A DNA stretch of 64,000 nt from Nitrosopumilus sp. (GTDB lineage: Archaea; Thermoproteota; Nitrososphaeria; Nitrososphaerales; Nitrosopumilaceae). Shown in pieces: positions 46,838 through 56,717 of this stretch. Numbering within the stretch: position 1 is the stretch's first letter; every line of letters begins with the position of its first letter. Where the stretch lies: contig CBDBLO010000002.1 in the NCBI GenBank assembly GCA_965207075.1, positions 64,001 through 128,000 of the forward strand. Reading direction: 5' to 3'. The position numbers were made by a program, and so were the translations under genes. The notes below the pieces were generated by a model that saw only the letters and a program-made list of their open reading frames with translations, made no database searches and was not told the origin of the DNA.

Positions 46838-49621
46838 TTACCTGTTCCTGCACTCCATGCATTCGGACGGCAGCATGGAGTGGTCGCCGGACCGCAGGCA
46901 CTCTGCCAGCAGCTGCCGCGCCCCCTCGATTCCAAACAGGCTCTGTATCTCCGGTATGCCGCGCCCCTCCTTCTTGCACCCGGAGCAGGCGTACGTCAGG
47001 CCGGCGTCCTCGTCGTCCTCGTCGTCCTCGTCGTCCTCCCACACGTCGCTGTCCTCTATCCTGCCGCCGCGCGCCCTCTGCCTCTTCACGGCAAGCATTG
47101 CGTCCCCCTTCCTTGCGTCGACGTCGTCGCCGCCGGCCGCCGCCTCCGCGTCCTCGTCGTACGGATCCTCCCATGTCTTCCAAAAGTTCTTGAAGATCTT
47201 CCATCCAAGCTCCACCTCGACCACGTCATAGTTCTGGCGCAGCTGAAAGTTGTCATCGACGTCCACCAGCAGCATGTTCTCGGTCCCGCCGCTCTTGGTC
47301 CCGCGCATGCCCCTTCCTATCATCTGCGTGTACAGCAGCGTGCTCTTGACGGGCCTGCCCACGAACACGCAGTCTATGTTGGGCGCGTCAAAGCCCGTGG
47401 TCAGGACGTCAAAGTTGCACAGCACCTCCAGATCCCCCGACCGGAACTGCTCTATCGCGTTAACGCGGGAGTCCAGGTCCATCTTCGAGTCCACGTACTT
47501 CACCTTCATGTGGTACAGCACCTTTAGCAGCATAGCAATCTGCCTCGAGTGCGCCACGCTGCACCCGAAGAACAGTATCTTGCGCTTGCCCAGCCCGTTG
47601 AGGCGCTTTATCTCCCTGACTATCATGGAGTTGCGGGACCTGTCGCGCCCTATCTCCTTGATCGTCTCCCTGCGGAACTCGCCAAAGGTCGCCATATACT
47701 TGACGTCCTGCGTGCTCAGCTCGTAGTTGCTCGAGGAGAGCACCTTGTGGTATACGTCACACAGAATGTTGCGCATTATGAGCCGGTGGTACAGGTTCTT
47801 CTGGCGCTCCTCAGGCGTCATCTTCGACTCCGTCGGCCTGGGCTCGACTGTAATCCGGGCCGTCGTGACTGACTCGTTGCCGTGGCTGTCCCTTACGGAC
47901 AGCGCCACCTCGTAGTACCCAGGCTTCTTGAACTCGTGTATGATGTTCCTCTGCCCGTCGTACGTCCAGGTCGGGAGCGTGTCCGTCCCGTCCCCCGGGC
48001 CGCTGCCGCCGTCATGCGTGTCGTCATCCGCGCCGCCGGCGTCGGCCGCCTGCCCCTCCGCGTCCTCTCCGGGGCCGCGGCCGTCCTCCGCGCCCTCCAG
48101 GGTGTTGTCGTCGTACGTGACGACGCCGCCCTCCCTCGCGGCGTCCGCAGGCAGCGTCCCCTCCCCCTCCTTCTCCTCTTTGAGCTGTGCGGTGCGCGTG
48201 ATGGTCCACCTAAAGTCCCCGTCCTCGATGTGCCCGTCCCGGTCGTACGAGTTCTCGCCTATGATCTTTATCGGATCCTTCGTGTATGCGATGGTCTGGC
48301 AGTCCACTACGGCGTGGGGCTTGTAGCGCCTCAGCTCCTCGGAGTAGGGTATGGTCGGAAAGTACGTGCCGCCCATGCGCCGCTTGAGCCTGTCAGTGTC
48401 CAGGCCCGTGCCCTTGCCCCGGAACGGCGTGGCCGTCAGGCCGATGAGTATGATCCCCCACTCGGATATCTCCGACTTTCTGTTGTCCCAGTTAAAGCCC
48501 ATCTCCCGCAGCACCCTGGAGTAGGACGAGGCGACGGCGTGGTGCGCCTCGTCTATGATGATGCAGGCAGTCAGCCTGCCGAGCGTCCGGAGCTGCTCGG
48601 GCTGCTCCATTATCTTGAGGAGCGACTGTATCGTGGCCACAATTATCCCCTTCTCGTCAAGCAGGTCGTCCATGCCGAGGGTGGGCAGCGCGCCCCCCGC
48701 GCCCCAGAAGCGGTGCATGTGCAGCGTGGTGCCGCGCCGGCCGACGTCCTCAAAGACGGCCTTGAACGTGCTGAACGCCTGCTCGCAGAGCTCGTTGGAC
48801 TGGGCGATCCAGAGTATGAACCTAGAGTCACGCTGCTGCGCGTTCTTTGAGGGCTTGCCGTCGTTGAGCCACTCTATTATGGTCTCGACAAGCATACGGG
48901 TCTTGCCGGCGCCGGTGGGGATGGATATCATCTTGCGCTTTGCCTCCTTGTCGTTCTCGACCATGGTCCCCTCCAGCATCCTGCGCACGACAATCCCGGT
49001 CGTAAACTGGTAGTCGTACAGGGGGTTGAGCGTGGTGTGCGGGACTATGATCTCAGTGTCCGGCAGCGACTCGACGTACTCCTTTTCTGCCACCGACGGC
49101 GGCAGTCCCAGCACGCCGGCGAGGGCCAGCCCGAGGTTGTTTGTAATCTCCAGGGCCGGTATGTCGGTTATGCGGTTTACAGAGCCCCTCTTTGCGCTGC
49201 GCACCGCGGACCGTACGGCCCCGATTATGTCGTCGGGCTCTGCAAGCCCCTTTGCGGTTACGGTTGCAAGTATCAGGTCCAGAAAGAGCCTGCGCTTTGT
49301 CGTGTCGTTCTCTATGTTCCGCAGAAAGCGCGAGCCGACCGTATCGTACAGTATCTCCGAGAGCCTGTCGGGGTTGAAGACGTCCCTGTTGTCGTCTGAG
49401 AACATCATGATGATGTCCGGGTTGATCTGCGATATTATGGCCGAGAGCTCGTCTGTGGACCACCACTCCTTGAACCGCGTCATGCACAGCTCCTTTGAGT
49501 TTACGACGGCCGGCTCGTCCGTCTTTTTCTCGACCTTGCGCCTCTTTTTTGGCGCGGAAGGTACGTCCTGCGGCTCCGTGGCTGCAGCGGCGACCCCGGC
49601 CTTTCTTGTCCTTACCACCAT
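46838..49621 (-). CDS. SF2 DEAD/DEAH-box helicase with inserted PKD-like domain and C-terminal CxxC/CxxC
   Basis: PTGAGKT, DEAHH, GLTATP, LTTGFDAP, QMIGRGMR; start uncertain. Confidence 0.88.
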   Translation of the reverse strand: MVVRTRKAGVAAAATEPQDVPSAPKKRRKVEKKTDEPAVVNSKELCMTRFKEWWSTDELSAIISQINPDIIMMFSDDNRDVFNPDRLSEILYDTVGSRFLRNIENDTTKRRLFLDLILATVTAKGLAEPDDIIGAVRSAVRSAKRGSVNRITDIPALEITNNLGLALAGVLGLPPSVAEKEYVESLPDTEIIVPHTTLNPLYDYQFTTGIVVRRMLEGTMVENDKEAKRKMISIPTGAGKTRMLVETIIEWLNDGKPSKNAQQRDSRFILWIAQSNELCEQAFSTFKAVFEDVGRRGTTLHMHRFWGAGGALPTLGMDDLLDEKGIIVATIQSLLKIMEQPEQLRTLGRLTACIIIDEAHHAVASSYSRVLREMGFNWDNRKSEISEWGIILIGLTATPFRGKGTGLDTDRLKRRMGGTYFPTIPYSEELRRYKPHAVVDCQTIAYTKDPIKIIGENSYDRDGHIEDGDFRWTITRTAQLKEEKEGEGTLPADAAREGGVVTYDDNTLEGAEDGRGPGEDAEGQAADAGGADDDTHDGGSGPGDGTDTLPTWTYDGQRNIIHEFKKPGYYEVALSVRDSHGNESVTTARITVEPRPTESKMTPEERQKNLYHRLIMRNILCDVYHKVLSSSNYELSTQDVKYMATFGEFRRETIKEIGRDRSRNSMIVREIKRLNGLGKRKILFFGCSVAHSRQIAMLLKVLYHMKVKYVDSKMDLDSRVNAIEQFRSGDLEVLCNFDVLTTGFDAPNIDCVFVGRPVKSTLLYTQMIGRGMRGTKSGGTENMLLVDVDDNFQLRQNYDVVEVELGWKIFKNFWKTWEDPYDEDAEAAAGGDDVDARKGDAMLAVKRQRARGGRIEDSDVWEDDEDDEDDEDAGLTYACSGCKKEGRGIPEIQSLFGIEGARQLLAECLRSGDHSMLPSECMECRNR

Positions 49622-49851
49622 GTACAGGGATCCCCCTCCCGCCGCCGCCTCCGTCACGACGGGCGCGGCGCGTCCCGTGCGTTCCGTAGGGCCATAAAGG
49701 GGCCAGAGCGAGCCCAAATAACAATTTTGTCCCTTGCCCCGGGTCGGTGTGCGAACCGGCCTGCCGCGCCCATAATCGAACCGTTTCAGGCACAAGCGCG
49801 CCGCGCGCTCGAATTAGGCAGTCTCGGACGGCGCATGATGTCGCCTGCGCC

Positions 49852-50958
49852 TCACCGGGCGCCAAGCTCCACGAGGGCGTCCATGTAGTCCTCGCCGTTG
49901 ATCCGGAGCTCCTGCTGGCACGTGATGACCGAGTAGAGAACCTGTATCGTGTTCTGGTCGTCTCCGACCTCCCTCACGTCGTGCCTCTCGCGCACCTGCG
50001 CGCCGGCCTCCTCCATCTGCACGACTAGGCCCTCTGTCTCCTCACCGTGGGCAGTCGTCATCTCCACGTGGTCGCCCGTTCCCGGAAAGGACGTGGCGGT
50101 GATCCGCGCCGCCGCCTCCCTCTGCTCCTCAAGTGATGACGCAATCTCGGACAGTCCGCTGTCTTGCGCGTGCCGTATGTGCAGGTCGTACTCGTCTGCC
50201 AGCAGCGAGACCAGTCCGGCCACCGCCGCGTCGTTGGCGTCCCGGAACTCCTGCCGTTCCTGCTGCGCCCCGACCGATGCGGGGTCGAACCCGTTGACCT
50301 TTTCGCGCTCCATGCGTATGTTATCCAGTATCTCATTCAGGCGCTGGTCCGTCTGCCCGTCTCCCCAGTACTTTTGGTACTCGGAGACGCGGACCATGTG
50401 CTTGTTGTTGCGCGTCAGAAAGTCCTCGTACGCGGTATCGCGCTTCTCCTCTATTGTATATGCCGACGCAAGCGTCTTGAACTCCTTGTCGATGGTGCTC
50501 CACGCGGTCTGGGTGGTCAGTACGCCCTCGGCCGCAAAGCTGGAGATGCGCCCGTCTATCATCGCGTCGTATATGTCCTCGCCGACCGAACCCTTGTCCA
50601 GGACGAACGTGCTTTTCAGGGGCACAGCGGCCCCGGAGTAGAAGACCGCCCTGCCGGGAAGCGCGATGTCAATCACCGAGTACTGCCCTGATCCCAGCAG
50701 CGTCCCGTCGCCGTACAGCTGGTACCCGATGCTGGCGACGGTGAACGTCTTTTCGCTCGGGTTGGACACTACAAACTCTACCACGAACTCCGCCTGGTTT
50801 GTAACGGCGTTGACGTCCCTGAGCGTCACGGAGCCGAGCTCGATCTCCGCCTGCTCCAGCGACTCGTTGTCCAGGCTTGCATAATAGATGATTCCGCCCA
50901 TCAGCGCGAGCATGCTGCCTATCGCGACGTACACGGTCGTCTTGCTCTGTAGCTCCAT
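49852..50958 (-). CDS. LEA_2/WHy-like membrane-anchored protein with a long C-terminal extension
   Basis: N-terminal TM, VSNPS motif; extra helical domain of about 200 aa. Confidence 0.65.
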   Translation of the reverse strand: MELQSKTTVYVAIGSMLALMGGIIYYASLDNESLEQAEIELGSVTLRDVNAVTNQAEFVVEFVVSNPSEKTFTVASIGYQLYGDGTLLGSGQYSVIDIALPGRAVFYSGAAVPLKSTFVLDKGSVGEDIYDAMIDGRISSFAAEGVLTTQTAWSTIDKEFKTLASAYTIEEKRDTAYEDFLTRNNKHMVRVSEYQKYWGDGQTDQRLNEILDNIRMEREKVNGFDPASVGAQQERQEFRDANDAAVAGLVSLLADEYDLHIRHAQDSGLSEIASSLEEQREAAARITATSFPGTGDHVEMTTAHGEETEGLVVQMEEAGAQVRERHDVREVGDDQNTIQVLYSVITCQQELRINGEDYMDALVELGAR

Positions 50959-51107
50959 GCGCTACCGGCCCGTGAATTATTAAAAAAGGTTTCAAGACGA
51001 CCGGCGGCCCACCGGTCATGCGGCCCCACGCCCCGGCGTCCAGCTTGGCGCAGATCCGAATCCCCCCTCCCCAAATAGATAATATCCCCTGCCGCTTGGA
51101 CGTCACG

Positions 51108-51605
51108 ATGTCCGCGTTGGAGCAGGCCCTCCTGACATGGGTCCACCTCATATCGGCCTCTATCTGGGTGGGCGGCTCGCTGTTCATCGGGGTTGTCTTC
51201 TCCCCCCTGCTAAAGACGATGGCCGACTCGGTGGAGGACAGGATGAAGATAATGATACGCGTGGGCAGGAGGTTCAACATGGTGGCCATCCCCGCGCTCG
51301 GGATACTCGTGGCCACCGGGCTGTACAGCTCGCACGCCCTGCTTGCCAGGCCGGAGCTCCTGATGGCCACCAGCTATGGGACGTTTCTGGCAGTCAAGGT
51401 GGGGCTGGTGGCCGCGCTCGTCGCGGCATACGTGGCTCACGTGAGGATAATCTCCAAGGGCGTGGAGGAGAGGATAATGTCCGGCGCGCTCTCGACGCGG
51501 GAGGTCCAGAGGCTGCGAAAGAAGATCATAATACTGGGGGAGGTCACCGTGGCGATATCCGTTGCCATACTGCTCTTCGCGGCCCTGCTGGATGCGGGGG
51601 TCTAG
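51108..51605 (+). CDS. CopD family copper-resistance membrane protein
   Basis: WVHL..ASIWVGG, TG, YG..L..K. Confidence 0.8.
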   Translation: MSALEQALLTWVHLISASIWVGGSLFIGVVFSPLLKTMADSVEDRMKIMIRVGRRFNMVAIPALGILVATGLYSSHALLARPELLMATSYGTFLAVKVGLVAALVAAYVAHVRIISKGVEERIMSGALSTREVQRLRKKIIILGEVTVAISVAILLFAALLDAGV

Positions 51606-51653
51606 CCTCTCGTTGCGGCGGCAGCCGCGGCGCCCGGTTGCCCCAGCAAGCTG

Positions 51654-53009
51654 TTATCTGCACATTATCTGGACGGATTTGTCGGTCCATACCGGCACAG
51701 AGTCCGAGTCCAGGACGATCCTCCACGTCTTGTACGAGAGGGGCTCGTCAAGATCGCCGTTTGGGCCAAAGCTGTAGTCGCCCAGCGTCCCCACGCCTAC
51801 AGGCCCATCTGCCAGCTCGTGCAGCAGCTCCTTTACGGTCTGCGTCTGCCCGTTGTCCTCGCGCTCTGCTATTGCGTGCGCCAGGAGCGACACCGCGTCA
51901 TAAGACGAGTAGAGGTAGATGGAACTAGTCGAGGCGACGCCGGCGCCGACCAGCCTGGACTCGACATCGGACTTTAGCTCGTTGTCCTCGCCCGCATACT
52001 GGGTCGCGGCGAGCCCGACCTTGGCCAGGAACCTCCCCACTTCGACGTTGTTAACTAGTTCGCTGCGGGTTGCAATGCCGTCAGGCCCGTACCACGCTAC
52101 GTCGCCAAGGCTGTCGAGTGACGCGTCCCTGTTGATTGCCTGCACCAGGTGTGATATGTCCGCGCTATAGCCCATCATAACGACTGCGACGCTGTCCGCC
52201 CCATGATCGTCAATCAGGCCGGACACCTTATCGTTCAGATCCGATGCAAAGCTGTCATACGTATCGCGTCCCGGCTCGTTTTCGTCATTGTCACGTATTG
52301 CGATGGTAAGGTGGTAGTCAATCGTCCCCTGACGCGCATAATTTGCAGTAAAACTTTCCTCCAGCCCCACCGACCAGATGTCGCGCTCTGGCGTCCCGTC
52401 GGGTTCTGCATGGTGAGAGTTCAGGCCTATCAGGACCGCGTGCGTCTTGCCGTCGACCCGCAGCAGGTTTGAAATCTCGACGGCCTGCACCGAGTCGTCA
52501 ATGGTCATCCTGAACACGCTGTCGTCGGCCCGCAGGGACAGGGCGGTCGACGCGGGCGAGATGACGATAAAGTCGATGCCGGGGTTGGCCGGCTCAAGCA
52601 GGGCCAGCTGGGCCTTGGTGGATGTCGTGTCCGTACTGCCCATGGGCCCGACAAAGTACGTGATGCTATAGTTTTCAAACGCCTCCATCAGCTTGGCTCC
52701 GGCGCGGCTGTGGGCGTGGCTGTCGGACTCGCCGGTTACCCTGAGGTCCATCAGCTCGAGCCTGTAGGTATCCTGGGCGGCGTTAAAGTCGTCCCGGGCA
52801 AGCTCCATGGCCTTGAAGCGGTCGTCGTGCGGGTTGTGGTCGCCCGGGTCTGTCGCCGACAGGATTGTGCCGATTCTGATTATCTTTTCATTGTTCTCAT
52901 CGAAGACCTGCGCGGACGTGGTGATCGCTGGCGCGGCAAGCAGCAGCCCGGACACCGCTGCGATTCCAAGTATGGCGGCAAGCATGCCTGCGCCCCTTGC
53001 ACCCAACAT
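51654..53009 (-). CDS. ABC transporter substrate-binding protein (LivJ-like, type 1 fold)
   Basis: Signal peptide, IRIG.IL, VGP..S, ISPASTA..L, YDAV, F..NGD. Confidence 0.8.
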   Translation of the reverse strand: MLGARGAGMLAAILGIAAVSGLLLAAPAITTSAQVFDENNEKIIRIGTILSATDPGDHNPHDDRFKAMELARDDFNAAQDTYRLELMDLRVTGESDSHAHSRAGAKLMEAFENYSITYFVGPMGSTDTTSTKAQLALLEPANPGIDFIVISPASTALSLRADDSVFRMTIDDSVQAVEISNLLRVDGKTHAVLIGLNSHHAEPDGTPERDIWSVGLEESFTANYARQGTIDYHLTIAIRDNDENEPGRDTYDSFASDLNDKVSGLIDDHGADSVAVVMMGYSADISHLVQAINRDASLDSLGDVAWYGPDGIATRSELVNNVEVGRFLAKVGLAATQYAGEDNELKSDVESRLVGAGVASTSSIYLYSSYDAVSLLAHAIAEREDNGQTQTVKELLHELADGPVGVGTLGDYSFGPNGDLDEPLSYKTWRIVLDSDSVPVWTDKSVQIMCR

Positions 53010-53237
53010 AAGAAAGAGGGCAAGGCATCCGTTTAAAAGTTTTTAAAAGAAGATATACGTATGTTTGGGCCGATTGGCGCCGCGTGTGCAAAAACCCGAG
53101 AACCAGTCATTCTAGGCACAGGCTGTCGGCTTGGTGGCGCGTACGAGTGCAGTGCGGCGAACGCGTGGCAGACTAGGGGCCGGCAGTTCCGGACAGGGCC
53201 GCATACCACATAAATAGTGAGCACCCGGATTCAGTCC

Positions 53238-53741
53238 ATGGGCTATCTGGGCAACCATCTGGCCACCGTGGCGACCGGCGTCTTTGCGGCGGTCCTGACC
53301 GTACTCTGGCCGGTCTTTGTCGACTTTGCGCCCGTGCTGGACTTTGTCTTTATAATGGCGGTTCCAATCATGTGGTTTCTGGTATTTACCTGCTGGATAG
53401 CCCAGAAGAGCGCCGACTACATGCACTCGATCCACCACCACCACCACAATGACGATGCCCCTGCGGGAACCGTGCTGCAGTACGACGAAAAAAAAAGCTT
53501 GACGGTGACGGCGACGGGCGGGAGCCATAAGGGCGCCCAGAGCGAGATAGCAGACCTGCAGAGCGTCCAGAGCGAGCTTGCAGCCGACCTCGAGGGGCTC
53601 AAGGAGTCCCTCAAGCTCAAGGACAGCGAGATTGAGAGGCTCAACAGGCAGATTGCAAACCTGCAGACGCTCGTACAGATTGAGACCCTCAAGGCGGAGC
53701 TGGCAAACCTGAAGATGCTGGCATCAAAGCACAAGAAATGA
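53238..53741 (+). CDS. Two-TM protein with His tract and C-terminal coiled coil
   Basis: Two hydrophobic helices, HHHHH, heptad-rich C-terminus. Confidence 0.7.
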   Translation: MGYLGNHLATVATGVFAAVLTVLWPVFVDFAPVLDFVFIMAVPIMWFLVFTCWIAQKSADYMHSIHHHHHNDDAPAGTVLQYDEKKSLTVTATGGSHKGAQSEIADLQSVQSELAADLEGLKESLKLKDSEIERLNRQIANLQTLVQIETLKAELANLKMLASKHKK

Positions 53742-53931
53742 GAGGCGGCAGAGGCGCGACTCGGCGCCATGGTAGCCACCGCACGATGCCCCAAGTATGA
53801 TTATTCGGAGCAGTGGCAGCATTTCCTGCCGCGGCCGTCAGGATGGTTCTTTTTGCAGGACGGGCAGCTTACGGCCCCGCCGAAGTGGCACCTGCACGCG
53901 CACGTCCCGGCGGCGGGATCCATCATCGCCG

Positions 53932-54477
53932 CTACCTGCCCTGGGCAAGCTTCGAGGCCATCCCAAGCGTCCCGTCCACCATCTCCCTGAGCCTTGCCTG
54001 CGCGTCGGCGCTGCTTATGGCGCCGTCGGCCACGTCGCCCGTGGTCATAAAGACGGCCTTGGGGTTTGTAACCACGCCGAAATACGACATGAGCTGCGTC
54101 AGCACGGTCTGCACGTCGGTGAAGCCTATGCTGCCTGCCGCCATTACGGCCATGCCCGCCGTCTTCCCCGGCGTCTTTTTGTAGTCTATATACTCAAAGA
54201 GGTTCTTCAGGGCCCCGCTGAAGAAGGAGTTGTAGATCGGCGTTCCGACAAGCCAGACGTCGGCCTCCGTTATCGCCTTTGCGGCGGACTTTGTAGCCTC
54301 GCCATACTCTACGTCAAACCCGTGAAAGCATTCTACCTGGCCCTCCGACAGGTTGACAAACGTGGTGTCGCTCCCGTCGCCGCCGTTCCTATCCATGGCG
54401 TACTCGTAGACGTACCTCATCATCGTCTCAGTGTTGGCGTTCCTTCTGGGACTGCCTGATATTACCACCACCCGCAT
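53932..54477 (-). CDS. NAD(P)H-dependent FMN reductase
   Basis: ISGSPR, TPIYN..SGALKN. Confidence 0.88.
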   Translation of the reverse strand: MRVVVISGSPRRNANTETMMRYVYEYAMDRNGGDGSDTTFVNLSEGQVECFHGFDVEYGEATKSAAKAITEADVWLVGTPIYNSFFSGALKNLFEYIDYKKTPGKTAGMAVMAAGSIGFTDVQTVLTQLMSYFGVVTNPKAVFMTTGDVADGAISSADAQARLREMVDGTLGMASKLAQGR

Positions 54478-54557
54478 GTCACGCCGCCGCGCCTGTCTCA
54501 TTTAAGTCAAAGTAAGCGCAGGGGCGCAGGGCGGCCCACCGGCGGCATCAGCAAGAG

Positions 54558-54650
54558 CGGGCTTGGAGGGCTTCGATCCCTCGACCTGTAACTTAGGAGG
54601 CTACCACGCTATCCATACTGCGCGCCAAAGAGGCTCTGCGCCACAAGCCC
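54558..54650 (-). tRNA. tRNA-Arg(CCT) with an 18-nt non-canonical D-arm intron
   Basis: GGGCTTG/CAAGCCC acceptor, GTAGC-CTCCTAA-GTTAC anticodon arm; extra 18 nt (about 54618-54635) in the D arm. Confidence 0.88.
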
Positions 54651-54680
54651 AGCGTGAGAAATGTCGCTAATTATTTAAGC

Positions 54681-55457
54681 CTACTCGGAGGACGAAGGGG
54701 CACGGGCGCCTGAACCCGCCGACGCGCCGTCGGCGGCGGCCATGTCCCTGATCATGTCCTGCATTCCCTCCCAGACGCCGCCGGCATCCTCGTTGCGCCA
54801 CCGCTCAAAGTATGTCACGTCCCCCAGCGCAAGCCTCGGAAGCCAGCCGGCCTCCTCCAGGTCCGGCCTTGGCGCAAACCTGTCGACGTGCCCCAGGCAC
54901 AGGTACGCTACAGGCACGACGTGGCCGGGTATCTGCAGCACCTCCCTGAGAACGTCGTTTGAGAGTATGCTGACCCATCCGACCCCTATGCCCTCCGTCC
55001 TGGCCGCCAGCCAGAGGTTCTGGATGGCGCAGCAGACGCTGTACAGTCCCGTCTCCGGTATGCTCGATCTCCCGATCACGAACGGGCCAAACTTCGCGGG
55101 ATCGTACGTCACGCACAGGTTGAGCGCCGACTCTAGTATCCCCTCCAGCTTGAAGGACAGGTACCTTGACCTCTTCTCCGGGTCATCCCGCACCGTGTCC
55201 GACGATCTCTTCCTTTCGGCCTCAAAGGACTCTTTTATCCTGCGGCGGGTCGCGGCGTCCCTTATCAGTATGAAGTTCCAGGGCTGCGAGAAGCCGACCG
55301 ACGGCGCGTGGTGCGCCGCGTGGAGGATCCTGGCAATCGTCTCGTCGCTTATGCGGCCAGGCCTGAAGTGCGACCTCACGTCCCTCCTGGTGTAGATGGC
55401 CTTGTACAGGCCCCCCCTCTCCTCGTCGCTGAAATCGTCTGAAGAATTACCGGCCAT
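54681..55457 (-). CDS. bluB: 5,6-dimethylbenzimidazole synthase
   Basis: RRDVR, APSVGFSQPW, LKLEGI, CAIQNLWLAAR.EG.GVGWVS. Confidence 0.93.
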   Translation of the reverse strand: MAGNSSDDFSDEERGGLYKAIYTRRDVRSHFRPGRISDETIARILHAAHHAPSVGFSQPWNFILIRDAATRRRIKESFEAERKRSSDTVRDDPEKRSRYLSFKLEGILESALNLCVTYDPAKFGPFVIGRSSIPETGLYSVCCAIQNLWLAARTEGIGVGWVSILSNDVLREVLQIPGHVVPVAYLCLGHVDRFAPRPDLEEAGWLPRLALGDVTYFERWRNEDAGGVWEGMQDMIRDMAAADGASAGSGARAPSSSE

Positions 55458-55523
55458 GCTGATGCGTCAGGGGCCATCCCTGTTAAACCTTAATAATACC
55501 TGCGCCAAGGTTTGTGATCCGAT

Positions 55524-55600
55524 GGGCCGGTAGTCTAGCTGGTTAGGATACCGCCTCGACACGGCGGTGATCGTGAGTTCGAATCTCACTCGGCCCACCA
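55524..55600 (+). tRNA. tRNA-Val(GAC), CCA encoded
   Basis: Cloverleaf with CCGCC-TCGACAC-GGCGG anticodon arm, GTTCGAA T-loop, ACCA end. Confidence 0.95.
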
Positions 55601-55843
55601 TCGATATGATCTTTTTAGTAAGCGCATGGGCGGAGGCAGACCAGGCCATGCGCGATTAATTCCGGAGCGCGCGTCATCGAGGATAATGCCCGAAAACCTT
55701 GTCTGCGCCCGCAAGGCGGGGGCCGCCGCCGGCAACGCCGGCCCGCGCAACAACCCGGATTCACGCCTGCTTATGATCATATGATAAGCAGCGCACCGCA
55801 GCCGGCCCGCGCCCAAGTTAAAAAACAGGGGTTCAAAGCAACC

Positions 55844-56089
55844 CTAGTTCTTCGCACCGACGCCGCGGGATCCGCCGTCCGCCTCCCTCGGCATTGTGGA
55901 CTGTAGAACGTTTATCTTTTCTAGCAACTCGTTTCTTAGATCCCTTGCGACCCGCCGTACCGTGGGCCTCGGGACGCCCAGCTCGTCGACCACCTTGTTG
56001 TAGATGACTTGCTTGTCCGTCAGTCCCTGGTCGAGAAAAGAGTTTATCGTCGCCTTTATTCTGGCGCTCTGGTTCTTAGAACTGATCAA
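55844..56089 (-). CDS. Small HTH-like hypothetical protein
   Basis: ELGVPRPTVRRVAR HTH-like segment; TTATATAG box upstream of the TTG. Confidence 0.65.
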   Translation of the reverse strand: MISSKNQSARIKATINSFLDQGLTDKQVIYNKVVDELGVPRPTVRRVARDLRNELLEKINVLQSTMPREADGGSRGVGAKN

Positions 56090-56231
56090 CGGATACTCGG
56101 TATGGGCCGTTCTATATAATACTATATCAAAAAAAGCCAAAACAAATGCAGACTTTGAACTATGATCATAATATATCCGGTCCGGCGCGGTTCTGCCAAA
56201 GGGTTATTAGGATACGATATGCAGGCAACGC

Positions 56232-56717
56232 GTGTCTACTGCAAAAATAGAGACCGGGCTTGGCGTAATTAAATTCAGACTGCTGCCGGAGCTTGCGCCC
56301 GAGCATGTCAGGAATTTTGAGAGCCTTGCAAGGAGCGGGTTTTACGACGGCACGCTGTTTCACAGGATCATACCGGGGTTCATGATACAGGGGGGGGACC
56401 CCAACACGAAGACCCCCAACAGGGGCTCGTGGGGCATGGGCGGCCCCGGGCACAACATAAAGGCGGAGTTCAGCTCGCGCTCGCACCGGAGGGGGATCGT
56501 ATCAATGGCAAGGGCGCAGGACCCCGACAGCGCGGGGTCGCAGTTCTTTATAGTAGTCGCCGACAGCACGTTTCTTGACAGGCAGTATACCGTGTTCGGC
56601 GAGGTCACGGAGGGGATGGACGTGGCAGACAAAATAGTGGCGCTCCCGAGGGACGCCGGCGACTGCCCCAAGCAGGAAGACGATGCCAGAATGACGCGAG
56701 TGGCCATCGAGGCATGA
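56232..56717 (+). CDS. Cyclophilin-type peptidyl-prolyl isomerase
   Basis: FYDGTLFHRIIPGFMIQGGDP, SMAR, SQFFI, YTVFG. Confidence 0.95.
   Translation: MSTAKIETGLGVIKFRLLPELAPEHVRNFESLARSGFYDGTLFHRIIPGFMIQGGDPNTKTPNRGSWGMGGPGHNIKAEFSSRSHRRGIVSMARAQDPDSAGSQFFIVVADSTFLDRQYTVFGEVTEGMDVADKIVALPRDAGDCPKQEDDARMTRVAIEA

Noticed and set aside
55600-55840. Integrated element at tRNA-Val
   Set aside because: No integrase and no duplicated tRNA 3' end were found in the window.
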